DNA from: the human T2T-CHM13v2.0 reference genome, Homo sapiens
NCBI RefSeq assembly: GCF_009914755.1
Contig: NC_060931.1
Strand: one strand, 5' to 3'
Length of the DNA: 64,000 nucleotides
Part shown: positions 41,614 to 55,720 of the stretch, piece by piece
How the letters are laid out: each line of letters opens with the position of its first letter
How positions within the stretch are numbered: position 1 is the first letter of the stretch
The notes under the pieces: model-generated
The model's database searches: none
Told to the model about the DNA's origin: nothing
What the model saw: only the letters and a program-made list of their open reading frames with translations
Program-made: the position numbers and the translations under genes

Positions 41614-41734
41614 CCTCATATTTTCATACTTATTTGAATAATTTAATTTATTTGAATAATTTAATCGAATATAAATTATTCAATTATTTACTTATAAATT
41701 ATAGCCCTATTGAAATAATAGGAAAATAGTGTCA

Positions 41735-41960
41735 AAATATATAACAGTGTGCTATGCCCTCTTCTAAGCACTTTACATATATGAATGTTTCCATCTTTAT
41801 AAGAACTCTATCAGACGGGTAATGTTATTTTTTCATTTTGCCAATGAAGAAGCTAGTGCACACAGATGGATAGTTACTTACCCAAAGGAATGGGAATGCC
41901 ATTACGAAGGGGCAGAGCCAAAATTCAAACCCTGGCCATTTTGTTCCAGAGTCTATCTCT
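41735..41960 (-). mobile_element. MIR
   Basis: TTCTAAGCACTTTACATAT..CATTTTGCCAATGAAGAAGCT..ATTCAAACCCTGG. Confidence 0.75.
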
Positions 41961-43024
41961 TAAGTAGTAGATTAGTACATGATAGAACAGGAAGAGAAAG
42001 AAGGTGAAAGGGAAGTGAAAGGGAAAAAAGGAATGAAAAAAATCACCAATTGATGAGATTTTTTTAAAAGAAAATTAGAAAATTTTCTTTTAAATTTTCT
42101 TCTTCTTCCAACCCCCAAAATGTATCATCTCGCACACTCCCAGGGGCTCCTACCTCCTCCCCATACCAGGTTGGAAACCATTAACCTAAATGTTACTTCC
42201 TTGTAAGCTGGTAGAAAACCCTCTGGGGGGGCTTGAGAGCTACAGATTCTGCAGCTGATCCCTAGTATTCAGTGTAATCAGGGTGATTCAGTACCTTTGA
42301 TGGCATAAATAAGTTTCTATGTCATAACTGCTTGTCTAGGTGTGAACCAATGTTCTCACCATCTTCTGGCTACATTCCTGGGCACCATTATACTTTGCTT
42401 ACATTCATGTTATTATTTATTCTCTGAAGAGCTTTGTCCTGTGTTGTCAGGAACCAAAGATATGCTGATTAAGGGAAAAAAAAAAAGGTGCCGAGGACTA
42501 AAGTGACCATTCACAATATAGTCTTAGAATCACAGAAGATCCACATGGGAGCCGAGGGGTTGTCTGGCACCCCGGGGCCATTGCCAGCTTCATGCCCAGC
42601 CAAAGAGGAAATGGGCACCAAACCTGATGACCAACTCTAAATGCCGTCCCTACTGGCCCTCCAGGGAAAACATTCTCATGGTGTAAGCTTTGCCCTCCCT
42701 TTCTCCACCACATTGAAGTCAGTGCCCAGGAGACATAGTGATATTTAAAAGTAGAGATGATCAAGACTTTCCAAATGCCCCAACCAAGACCAACCTCACT
42801 ATATGTCAATCCTGGTGGACTGAGAAAGTCAAGTGAGGATAAGCGCATGAAAAATGGACCTGTTGTCATCTCTTAGAAGAGGAAGAAGACGACTCACATT
42901 TTACCAAGTGCATTTAACATTCCTTATATCCTATCACTTCATGGCTGCAGAAAATGGGGAGAGTGAGGCACAGAGTGGGGCTCATCATGTCAGGACTCAT
43001 ACTTCTGTGAGGCCCACCTGTTTG

Positions 43025-43514
43025 GGCCCCTGGCTATCCTGTGACCCTACTTCCTACCACTCTCCCTTAGTGAACAGCCTTAGTCACCTTGTGCCAGTCA
43101 CTGTCCCTCTTGCTGCCCCTCTAATGTGCCAAGCAATCACTATTCACAGGGCAGTTGTATATGCTGCTCCCTCAGCCAGGAATAGACATCCCAGAAAGTC
43201 ACCTGCTCAGTCTCTTGTTTCATTCAGACCTCTGCTTAAGTATCACTTCCTTAAAATGCATCTTCCCTGGCCCCTTCATCTATCATAGCACCTCACTCTA
43301 CATCCATCACCTGCTCTATTTTTCTTCAAAAGCTTTATCTCTAGGCAATACAAAATTATACATAGATATTTGCTATATTGATGTCTCCCCTGACAAAAGA
43401 AGGAAAACTCCATAAAGACAGGAACATTCTCTAGTTTGTCCTGAAACACATCCTCCATGCCTATAATGGTGCCTGGTACACACTGAGCATTCAATAAGTA
43501 TCTGTTGAATAAAT
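43025..43514 (+). mobile_element. L2a 3' end
   Basis: Ends GTGCCTGGTACACAC..TCAATAAGTATCTGTTGAATAAAT. Confidence 0.85.
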
Positions 43515-44774
43515 TTCATGAGGAGAGTAGTCCAAACACAAGTCCCTCTAAGTATAAAACTCCTACTCTATTCTCCCTTCATGGGAACAATCCATATGAC
43601 TTATTCTCAGGGCCTGTTGCTTGAGAAAGAGAGTCCTCTTTCTCTGCACCCCCAGCCCCTCAATACACATATACACAGCCACCGTCTGGAACCGCCACCT
43701 GCCACTTCCAGGTGAGGCTGAGACATCAGCTAAGGCTGCACAGCACCACTGTCATCCTGCTCCGGTTACCTCTCACTGTATGGAAGCCTGACAGTTCCCT
43801 CCGAGTGGCACCATCTCCCCTCTGCCCTGGCTCTGCATTACAGCGTTTCTTCTCTGAATCCATCATGCAGAACAATGGATTAGCAAACACCCAACGAAAA
43901 TGCAAAGAACATTTCAGACATGGTGGAGGCAGACACAGCCATGTCAGCATGGAATGTCAGAGACAAGGCCAAGAAGATGAAAAACTGCACAGATTCAATA
44001 ACCGAGAAAATTCCAGAAATCAGGTCAAGCCAAAGATGGCTTTTCAGTGAACATTAAATCAAATCCTCTATCAAGTACTGTAAGGTCCTTGGAGGACAAG
44101 GGTATAATACCCACTGTCTCCTCTCTGGGGATTGGTATACGTATCACTTATGTTTTCATTTAAAAGCATGAAATGAGACTTTAGAAAAATAATAACATTG
44201 ACCCTAAAAGTGACTGAAATTGCAGCTTAGTAGTTTGCCTCTGTGATTTTGGTGGGTCTAAAGAGCCTTAAAGTAGCAAATGTAAAGAATTAGGGGTGAT
44301 AAAATTCAGCTGGGAATAACTTTCTTCTGAGCAAAGAGTTTTATCTGAAATTGTTGTGGGGCAGATCAAGGTCTTCTTCATGCCAGGAGGCTCATTGCAT
44401 TGTGCATTCTTCTAAGGACAGAACAGGATGTTCCAAAGAGCACTTTTCATGATCCTGACCAATGAATCAATATGTTCACTGCTCCTGCAACTGTCCATTT
44501 GCCAATGAAGGGAGAAGCAAGTGCTCTGTGGCCCTCACTTCCATCAGAACTAGTTCTTCCCTACACACCTGATCCTTTCTGTGATTCCTGCCAATGATGA
44601 GAACAAAGAGAAAAAAGGCAGACTTTTCAGAGAGTGAAACATGAGGTTATAGATGGGGCTAGGAAACATTCTCACCAAGATAGGTGTCCCGGGTTCCTGC
44701 CATGCACACATCTTCTTGGATGTTAAGAATTAGTAAGTTTAGGGAGATTTGATAGCCTAAATTATAAATGAAGG

Positions 44775-45520
<746 letters not shown>

Positions 45521-45577
45521 GCAAAACAAGATGAAATTCCTAGTCTGGACCTGCCATAATCATCTTAAAATGCATCT

Positions 45578-45657
45578 CAGAGTATTGTTTTCAAATTGTG
45601 CATTGGTCATGGAATCAACTTAGTGCACTGTATCAAACATTTTTAAAAACTAAAATA
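45578..45657. mobile_element. Old hAT-Charlie MITE, left part (resumes ~48592-48760 after the L1MA)
   Basis: GTTTTCAAATTGTG..GGTCATGGAATCAACTTAGTG continues as AAAATAGAACATAAAATATCAGA..TAAGTAT. Confidence 0.5.
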
Positions 45658-46016
45658 GACAGACCTACAGTTAGTATCATAGTGAATGGGAAAAAAACTG
45701 AAAGCCTTTCCTCTAAGATCTGGAACAAGACAAGGATGCCCACTTTCACTACTATTATTCAATATAGTGCTGGAAGTCCTACCTAGAGCAATCAGACAAA
45801 AGAAAGAAAGAAAGGGCATCCAAATTGGAAAAAGGAAGAAGTCAAACTATCCTTGTTTGCAAATGACACGATCTTATATTTGGAAAACCTAAAGACTCTA
45901 CCAAAAAACTGTTAGAACTGATAAATGAATTCAGTAAAGTTGCAGGATATAAAATCAAGATACAAAAATCAGTAGCATTCCTATATGCCAACAGTGAACA
46001 ATCTAAAAAAGAAATC

Positions 46017-46574
<558 letters not shown>

Positions 46575-49149
46575 TCACGTGTACAATAACCACAGATAAA
46601 ATACCTAGGAATAAACTTAACTAAAGAAGTAAAAGATCTCTATATTAAAACTATAAAACACTGATGTAAGAAGTTGAAGAGGACACCAAAAAATGGAAAG
46701 ATATTCCATGGTCATGCATTGGAAGAATCAATATTGTTAAAATGTCCATACTATCCAAAGCAATGTACAGAGTCAATGCAATCCCTATCAAAATACCAAT
46801 GACACTCTTCACAGAAATAGAAAAAAAATCCTAAAATTTATATGGAATCACAAAAGACCCAAAATTGCCAAAGCCATACTGAGCAAAAAGAACAAAACAG
46901 AGGAATCACATTACCTGACTTGAAATCATACTACAAAACTATAGTAACCAAAACAGCATAGTGCTGGCATTAAAACAGACACATAGACCAGGGGAAGAGA
47001 AGAGAGAACCCAGATATAAATCTATACACCTACAGTAAACTCATTTTTGACAAAGGTGCCAGAAACACACTGGGAAAAGGACAGTCTCTTCAATAAATGG
47101 TCCCAGGAAACACTGGCTATTCATATGCAGAAGAATGAAACTAGACCCTTATTTCTCATCATATACAAAAATCAAATCAAAATGGACTAAATACTTAACT
47201 ATAAGACCTCAAACTATATGCAAAATTAAATGCAGAAATCATATGCAAAAATCAAATCAAAATGGATTAAATACTTAACTATAAGACCTCAAACTATAAA
47301 GCTACTACAAGAAAACATTGGGGAAACTCTCCAGGACATTGGTCTGGACAAATATTTCTTGAGTAATACTACGTAGGCAACCAAAGCATAGGCAACCAAA
47401 GCAAAAATGGACAAATGAAATCACATGAAGTTCAAAAGCTTCTGCATAACAAAGGAAACAATCAACAAAGTGAAGAGACAGCCCACAGAATGGGAGAGAA
47501 TATTTGCAGACTATCGATCTGACAAAGGATTAGTAACCAGAATATATAAGGAGCTCAAACAAGTCTACAGGAAAAAAAAATCTAACAATCTGATCTTTAA
47601 ATGTGCAAAAGGTCTAAATAGGCATTTCCCCAAATAGGACATAGACATACAAATAACAAACAGGCATATGAAAAGATCCTCAACATCATTGATCATCTGA
47701 GAGAGAAATGAAAATCAAAACTACAATGAGATATCATCTCATCCCAGTTAAAATGGCTTTTATCCAAAAGACAGGCAATAATGAATGCCGGCAAGTATGT
47801 GGAGTAAGGGGAACCCTCGCACACTGTTGGTGGGAATGTAAATTAGTACAGCCACTATGGAGAACTGTATGGAGGTTCCTCAAACACTAAAAATAGAGCT
47901 ACCATAGGATCCAGCAATCCCATTGCTAGGTATATACCCAAAAAGAAGGAAATCAGTATATCAAAGAGATATCTGCATTCCTATGTTATTCACAATAGCC
48001 AAGATTTGGAAGCAACCTAAGTGTCTGCCAACAGACGAATGAATAAAAAAACTGTGGTCCATATACACAATGGAGTACTATTCAGCCATGAAAATGAATA
48101 AGATCCTGTCACTTGTAACATGGTTGGAACTAGAGGGCATTATGTTAAGTGAAATAAGCCAGACACAGAAAGACAAACTTTGCATGTGTTCTCACTCATT
48201 TTGGGGGAGTTAAAACAATTGAACCCATCAAAATAGAGACTAGAATGATAGTTACCAGAGGCTGGGAAGGGTAGTGTGGGGAGATGGAAAATGGGGATGG
48301 TTATTGGGCACAAAAATATGGTTATATATAATGAATAAGATCTAATACTTGATAGCATAACAGAGCGACTACAGTCAGCAATATTTGCTGTACATTTTAG
48401 AATAACTAAGGGAGCACAACTGGAATGTTCATAACACATACAAATGATGGATTTTTCAGATGATGAATATCCCCATTTACCCTGATGTGATTAAACATTT
48501 TATACCTGTAGCAAAATATGTCATGTACCCCATAAATGTATACACCTATTATATACCCATAAAAATTAAAAATTAAAATTTTTCATAAAGAAAAAACTAA
48601 AATAAAAACAAAATAGAACATAAAATATCAGATTGTATTGCACAGAATAAAGATAAGTATCATCTCCCAAAGCTTTCCTTTCCTGTTGGTGTGTGTCTAG
48701 TGTGTCACAACGTGCTAATTCAAAGACACGTGACTTGTGTTTTATGAAGAGTCTCAAGCAAGCAACATACTTTCTTCATCTGTCTGATCAGTCTTGGTGA
48801 CTCTTGCACAACCCTAGACAGTTCAAGGTTTGTCAATTTACTCATCAATGTCCAGAGTCAAAGCTATCATCCAATTTTCCTTGTACTGCCTCCAGAATTA
48901 TCACACTTTGTGTCTGGATCGGTGACACAGTAGTCCAGGCTCTGCCACCAGTCTCAATGACAGAAATGTTTTAATCTCTCAAACTATCATTCTGCCAAGT
49001 CTTTTTCTAGCATGCTGGGGCATCTACCCTCCTCCACACCAAGTTCATGCTAACTGCTTGCATGGGGTTCCCCGCCAGACAGCTGAGAGAACTCGACTCT
49101 CAAAACTGAGTTGCTCCTAGGAAATCCCTTATTTCTCTATTTAAACTTT

Positions 49150-49250
49150 CATTGATTGATTTCACAAATATCTTCTGCCTACTACATGGCACATGCTCTA
49201 GGCAGACAATGGTCAGCAAGACAAGAGTGGCCATTGCCCTGCAAAGTCCC
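49150..49250 (-). mobile_element. L2 3'-end fragment
   Basis: CATTGATTGATTTCACAAATAT..GCCTACTACATGGC..TGCTCTAGGC. Confidence 0.55.
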
Positions 49251-49407
49251 CTGCCTTGTCAGATGTCAGAGTCCAGCTGTCACAAGACAGGTACAGTCTC
49301 AAGTTCTCTTTAGGACTGACAAGCATTTGCTGCATGACCTTTGGCAAAATATTCCATCCTGTCACTCAGAGGTTTGATTGCTCAGAAGTTGTGTTTTCTG
49401 GCCTACT

Positions 49408-49527
49408 GAGAATCACAGGATCTTAGACCTGGCAAGGCCCTTAAAGAGCAGATTCTCTATTTACTGATGAGGAAACTGAGCCCCAAGAGGTGTTATCCTT
49501 TGCCCACGGGGACACATGACCCACTAG
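49408..49527 (-). mobile_element. MIR3/MIR fragment
   Basis: AGAATCACAGGATCTTAGA..TTTACTGATGAGGAAACTGAGCCCCAAGAGG. Confidence 0.75.
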
Positions 49528-50606
49528 GAACATGTGTGCCAGCACCCCCAGCCCACCCCAGGACTGCCCCCCCATAGTGAAGCTGAATATGATCAGTTCC
49601 TTATGAAGAATTGAGAGACCTTCAAAAGGAAGTACCCTACATCCTGAACTTTTCAGAGAGATGGGTGGTGCAAAATGTTCAAGTGACAACACACGTGGAA
49701 AAAAAAAAAAAAAACCAAAGGCATATTTGGATCTTGCAGAAGGGTTTTCAGCAATACAAAGGCACAAGAATGAGAACAGCAGGAGTCCCACTTACCAGGA
49801 GCATTCCCTTAAAGCCTCATGTGTGCCTCCTAATAAATCTGCTTTTTCCTTTTTGAAGTTTAAGCGCTCCCTTATTGAGCAGTCTCCTGGTAGCCAGGAG
49901 TCCCCTAGGAAACAATTGTCTTGCTTCCAGTGCTGGGGCACTCAGACTCTTGGTTTGGTTTGGTTGGTTGGTTGATGGGTGATTTTTCCCTCCCTCTATC
50001 TTCTTAAAACTCCAGCCAGCATATAGGGGTTTTTCGTTTAGCTTCCTCAGATCCCCAGCCATTTCCCTAAAAGTCCATCCCATTAAACATGAAATCCACA
50101 GAACACACACCAAGCTACTTTTTCTCTCCCCTAATAAATCAGGTAAATTACCTCTTTTGTTTTTAAGACCATTTCAAGTTCGCCTTTAACATTTTTAGTT
50201 AAGGCATTATTTATGTTGTGATTTAATCGAGATTTAATCCACTTCTCAGCACACCATCGTATCGCAATATCCCTGAATTTTTTGCCCATATTATTAAACT
50301 TGAGGAGCACGGTAATGTTTTCCTCAGGCATGACACTGATCATTTCCAGATTGTGCATGTCTCTCTGGCTTTTTAACACACCTGAGTTTCTAAGGCCCAC
50401 TAAAATAAATAACGGTTTGGTCTGCAAAGAACTGGGGCTGCATTAATAAATGCAGAGAGATCTATGTTTATCTCCACTTTCTGAAAACATAAGCGTCTTC
50501 TACAAATATGAGTATACACAGCAGAAATCATGTGAATCTCTTGGTAAATGTTTGCCTTCACATCCTGGGGTATGCTGCACACCAGATGGTTTGATCAAAA
50601 CAAAAT

Positions 50607-50657
50607 CATACACACACACACACACACGCGCACACACACACACACACACACACATGT
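50607..50657. repeat. (CA)n with internal CGCG; alternating purine-pyrimidine tract
   Basis: Direct observation. Confidence 0.95.
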
Positions 50658-53361
50658 TTGAGCACCATGCCTCCTCATTTTTGTGACTTTTTTTCTCCTT
50701 TCATGCATGAGAAAGAATGTAGAAATACTTAGAATAATGACCAGTATGTTCTGTGTTTACTGCTGCTTTCCCTCACTAGAGATTAACTCATAAAATTTTA
50801 CTCCAAATTAAACAAACTGAGGCTCTCCTTGCAGCCAGTCAAACTGCCACTTATACCAAAGGAAATCTTAACTTCCATCTCTGAGAGTTTGAACGGCCAC
50901 CCCTGCGGAAAGATAACAGGGTCTCTCTTTTCCTCTCTGTGTTCTGCGAGTCCTTGGAGGTGCCAAAATACTTGTCTGGACTCTGGCCCCCAGGGCACTT
51001 CATCTGCAATTAGAATGGAAACTGTATTTTAGAACATTAACATCTCTCCTGCTGTTTTTTTTTAATGATCTGATTGCTCCAATTATAGTTATTTAGAGAA
51101 ATCGGACAGTCAAGGATTTTACCAGTAGGTAGGCAAGAAAGCACCTTTGACTGTGGCAGAGGACTTGCAAAGACAATTGTGTCTAGGAAAGACTTAGGAA
51201 CTGTCTCACCATCCTGTCTTCTCAGCTGAAATTTCTCTGGGGATGATTAGATGTTGTCTTTGAAAAATCCAAATGGGAGAATGTGTATAAAACTACCCCG
51301 TTCTGTGCCTTGAGCACAGTAAGTTTTCAATGGACGTTAATTCCGTTGGAATCCCAGGCTTGAGACTGCAATCCAACGATGCATGTAAAAGACCTTGAGA
51401 AAGAAAACAAAAAGGCTCAAGGTCATGACCTCACCAGTCTTTTTGTCTTCCTCTCTATATTGCTCGTGTTTCACAGCCTTCAGCCCCAGTAAACAACATT
51501 TTTACCTGGAAGGAGCTTAGAGAGGACTTTAATTTTAGAGGGGCATTTACAAAGATCCTCTGATGCAAGCTCCCTGCTTCCTACTGCTAAAAGTCTGCTT
51601 CTTTTCAACAGTGCCCGCCTGGAGCCATGGTTGTGTTTTTGTGTGGTCTCATTCCTGTTTTATGGATTGTTCATGTACCCTGGAATCCCTGGGATACTTC
51701 AATTACAAAAATTACCATGTGCTGGGTTCCTTTCGGGTTGACAAGACTGCTTTCCTCTCTCTCTAAGCCGGGTTGTGTTTGTTTACATAGGAAATGTACT
51801 CTTTCTTAACATTCACTGTTTCAACATCCACTTAGATAGCTTCATTAAAAAATGGGTTAAAAAATAAAGAAGGGTGGCAAGAAAAGGAAAAAAAATACAT
51901 CTTTCTATTTCAACCAAAAATTTGGTTCAGAACAAACTTGGAAAATCAGAGGATGTTTTTCTTTTCATCGCTGAAACAATGCTCTGCTTGTTCTCCCCGG
52001 GCAATGAGAACTACCCGGGCTTGGATCAGTGGGTCACATTGTGCAAAGTGTTTTTCCTGTTTAAACTATGTGCTTTCTTAAATGTTATCTTTTTGGAAGA
52101 AAATTAGATAACCTTATGTCCCCAGACTATATCGTATTTGTTTGAATAGGAAATGCTAATATTTTTCTACATGTTTCGTATCGGTGTCAGTGGAAACTCA
52201 GTTTGGTGGTTAAGACAGGCCCCTCTAAGCTCTGGGAATCACATTGGCTATCTTCCAGAAGCCAAGAGGTTCACGGTGATTTTGAATAATCATCTCCATA
52301 GCTATGTGAAGTATCTATATTACTTAGCCAGAAGAAAACAAAATTATATTTACCTTTTCTGTATTTAATTAATTTATCTTTAAATATGTCATTTGATGAG
52401 ATTTTCCTTCTTAATTTCTCTTCTCTTTACCTCCACCTCCTGTGTTACTTCTGCTTTCTACTCAGTCCTACCAATCAACTCCCCAAACTTCCTGCAACCT
52501 CTACTTAAAGATCATGCTTAATTAGTCATTATACCCAAGGATCTCTGCCCCATCCATCTGTTTCTGCATTCCCATTGGTCTAAGCCAATGCCTGTTACAT
52601 CACAGCCCCACCCCTGCCCATGACTAGAGGCTCCCCCTTCCCACATGTCCCCAGTTGTGTTCAGGCCCCTTTATCTGACATTCTTGGAAGCAGAAATAGC
52701 AGCAGAAACACATTTCTGAAACAACAGACTCCCCACGCGAACAAGGTCTCTACTAAGACACATCAACCAAGTCCTCTGAAAGCAGCACTGCCCTATCTAA
52801 ATTTTTTTAAAGTGAAGCTTGTCATTTGCACTTCAATCTCCATTTTTCAGTACCTTCTCTTCAAACACACGTGTTTACGTACTTAATACCATCTTGCTTC
52901 CCCATATGAAAATCTGCTCCCAGAAAATCTAGCGTCAGGCATGTATAACTTAATGCAAATTTAAGTTGGTGTGTTCCTTCTCCCAAGGGTACCTCAATTC
53001 TAAGCCCTGTATCTAACTAAAGAATGAAGATGTGTCCCCTCTTGATCATGTTTTAGCCGTCGGTGCTCAGATGGGAGAGATGGCACTTTCGACAATAAGA
53101 CACACTCTTTCATGACTTTATTGTCACAAAAACATACCACGCAAGTGCTTTTCTGCTCCACTAGAACAAGAAAGGCCTCCTAAAAACCCTAAGTGTCTGT
53201 TTAAACTCAAAGCTTTAAACCTGAGACCCTTCCACCCTAAATGATAACACTGCTCTCCTGTTGCTCTATAATCAAACCAATAGCCTTAACTCTATATCTG
53301 GCAAATACAAGCAAGTAGCAATCATGCCCTCTGTTAAGTAAAGCACAAAAACAACAATGAG

Positions 53362-53543
53362 CAGAGGTGGGCTCATTGTAAGCCATGAACCTTAAGTCTC
53401 GGGGCCCTTCGCTTGCACAGGCCCCTTCCCAAACCCTAGGCAGGGGACCTAGCAATTTTGTATGCGTGATTTTACATTCTTTTTAAAGAAGGCCCCAAAA
53501 TTGTATAAGCTTCAGGCCACATACAGCTTTTAGATCCACCCTG
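53362..53543 (+). mobile_element. MER53-like hAT MITE
   Basis: GGGCCCTTCGCTTGCACAGGCCCCTTCC..GGCCCCAAAATTGTATAAGCTTCAGGCC..GATCCACCCTG. Confidence 0.75.
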
Positions 53544-53885
53544 TTAGGGACTGAATTGTGTTCCCCAAAAATTCCTATGTTGAAGACTTAACTACCAATG
53601 TAACTGTATTTGGAAAAATAGGGCCTTCAAAGAGTTAACTGAAGTTAAATGAGGTCATAAGGGTGGAACCCTCATCCAATATGACTGTTATCCTTATAAA
53701 AAGAGGAAGAGACACTAGGGCTTCATGCACACAGAGAAAAGCCGCCATCTGCAAGCCGAGGAGTGAGGTCTCAGAAGAAATTAAACCTGTCTACACCTCA
53801 ATCTCGGACTTCAAGCCTCCCGAACTAGCAGACAATCAATTTCTATTGTTTAAGCCACCCAGTCTGCAGAATTCTCTTATGGCAG
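53542..53885 (+). mobile_element. MLT1B-like LTR
   Basis: TGTTAGGGACTGAATTGTG..GAGGTCATAAGGGTGG..GCCATCTGCAAGCC..TTGTTTAAGCCACCCAGTCTG. Confidence 0.88.
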
Positions 53886-53894
53886 AATCCACAC

Positions 53895-54190
53895 CCCTAG
53901 AAATTAGATACCATTTTTTAACTTTTCACTATAAAATTTTCTTAATGTTAACATTCAGTTTAACACTGAAGTATAGTGAAATAGGTAATCAAACATACAT
54001 TGCTGACAGGACATGATTCAACACAACTTTTTGGAAAGCAAATATTAAAAGACATAAAAATACTCGTTTTCATTACCCCAAGAATTCTTCTGGGACTCTA
54101 TCCTGACCAAATAACTCAAAATATTTTAAAAACTATATACACAAAGAAGTACATTAAAGTATTATTTACAATACTTGCCCATAACTGGAA
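53895..54190 (+). mobile_element. L1ME fragment
   Basis: AGATACCATTTTT..ACAACTTTTTGGAAAGCAA..GTATTATTTACAATA. Confidence 0.55.
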
Positions 54191-54300
54191 GCTCCCCCTT
54201 CCCATGAATTACAAGTTGTGTGGGCCTTGGGTTTGTGGAGGAATCTGCCAGGGACTTTTAAAGATTCCCAAATTTGACTGTACATCTATATATGAAATTG

Positions 54301-54811
54301 TGTTGGTTTATTTGCAAAAATGGTTCCAATAATTCTTTCCATTCCTGTCTGCATGCCCCTCTGCCCTGTGATATTTCTGCCCCACCCATCAAGAAATAGA
54401 GTCTCTTTTTTCATCCTTTGATCTGGGTTTGGCCATATGACTTGCTTTGGCCTGCAGAATATTAGCAAATATGATGCAAGCAAAAAAGGCTTGAAAAACG
54501 CTTGCACATAAATCTTGTTTTCTCTTTCTGCACCTGAAACCATGAGACCTTAAGGCAAATAAGCCCAAGATAGGGCTATGATGCTAGAGAGGAAACATAC
54601 TGAAAAGCCAAGGCACTGGCCAACAGCCTGCCAACCCAACTATGTGATTGAGTCCATGCTAGACCATCTAGCTCCAGCCGAGTCTGCCCGGGCCAGAACT
54701 CTCCCAGCCATCTCAGCCAGCCACAGAATAACGCACTAAATAATAAATGTTTGTGGTTTTAGGCCTCTAAAATGTGGATGGTTTGTTATGCAGCAAAAAT
54801 TAACTAATACA
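54301..54811 (+). mobile_element. MLT1H-like LTR
   Basis: CCCATCAAGA..TGACTTGCTTTGGCC..GGTTTGTTATGCAGCAA..TAACTAATACA. Confidence 0.8.
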
Positions 54812-55099
54812 ATAATTTCCCCCTGTAAAATGCTTGTGGGACAAATTGAGAATAGGCAAACTATGTTAATATCTTTATACTGAGTAAGCAGTTGGTGTTC
54901 TAGCTGGTGAGCTCCTGAGTTCCAGTCTTGCGACTCACATTCCCCCAATGCTTCAGTAAAATTACTAATTACCACATTCCATGGACCTCTGGATTGCCTG
55001 AGAATACCTGAAATCTTGAACGATAAATCTGCATATGCTTATAGTCTGGTTTAGTTTAAAACTGGAAATAGGCAGAAAGCTCTACATTACACACTTCCC

Positions 55100-55400
55100 T
55101 TTCATTAAGCCACTTAAAATTATGGCTATGAAGACAATGTAGAAACATGGGGAATATATTAATGCAATATTAAATGAGAAGAACAAGATAAAACACTGTC
55201 CTTAAATTATTATTATAAATATGTAAAGAAAAATAGCTAAATAGTTACAATGAGGAAAAAGACTATAAATAATTGTGCCAAAACACATTAGAAGCTGCTT
55301 TAGGATGTTAGATTATGGGTAAGCAGTATTTTATTTTATATATTTGCTGTAATATTACCTTCATAATTAATTATATTCGTAAGTTTAAAAAATTAATATA
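55100..55400 (+). mobile_element. Degraded L1ME 3' end
   Basis: ACATGGGGAATA..ATATTAAATGAGAA..GATTATGGGT. Confidence 0.45.
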
Positions 55401-55530
55401 TAATAATTTTAAAAATTAAAACCTGGATATGGGTATAGCCCGTCTGTTTGCTGTATAATTTTTAACCATACAGACTCTCTCTGCTAGTTTAAAACCATAA
55501 TTTCCCAGAATACGAAATGAAGTTTTTATT

Positions 55531-55720
55531 TATTTGGATCTTACTAATATTACACTGGAATTTTACATAAATCTGTTTAGAATCAATTTAAACTACTTTA
55601 AAGACCAGGACCTGCCCAATTTCACTAAGTTAATAATTATTAAAGCCTCATGGGTGAGGCCTTGTTTGATTCAAATGTAAGCTGAGGGCCGAGGCAAAAA
55701 TCATGTTGCCACGTTTTTAG
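55531..55720 (+). repeat. Unassigned ~190-bp element, copy 1 (direct repeat of 56801-56990)
   Basis: Manual gap-free alignment at offset 1270: 146/190 identical. Confidence 0.92.

Larger units (their letters stand above)
41452..42182. mobile_element. Old hAT-Charlie MITE (Charlie18a-like) ends enclosing later insertions
   Basis: Left TCTCCAGATTTTTTAA..CATCAGTGAAAAATT; right TATCATCTCGCACACTCC..TTGGAAACCATT. Confidence 0.45.

Noticed and set aside
42498-44050. Cluster of 112-144 aa ORFs
   Set aside because: Partly overlap MIR and L2a remnants; no protein-family motif and no coherent exon structure.
45686-45892. Reverse-transcriptase peptide ([11 protein letters not shown])
   Set aside because: Part of a 5'-truncated, frameshifted L1MA; not an intact gene.
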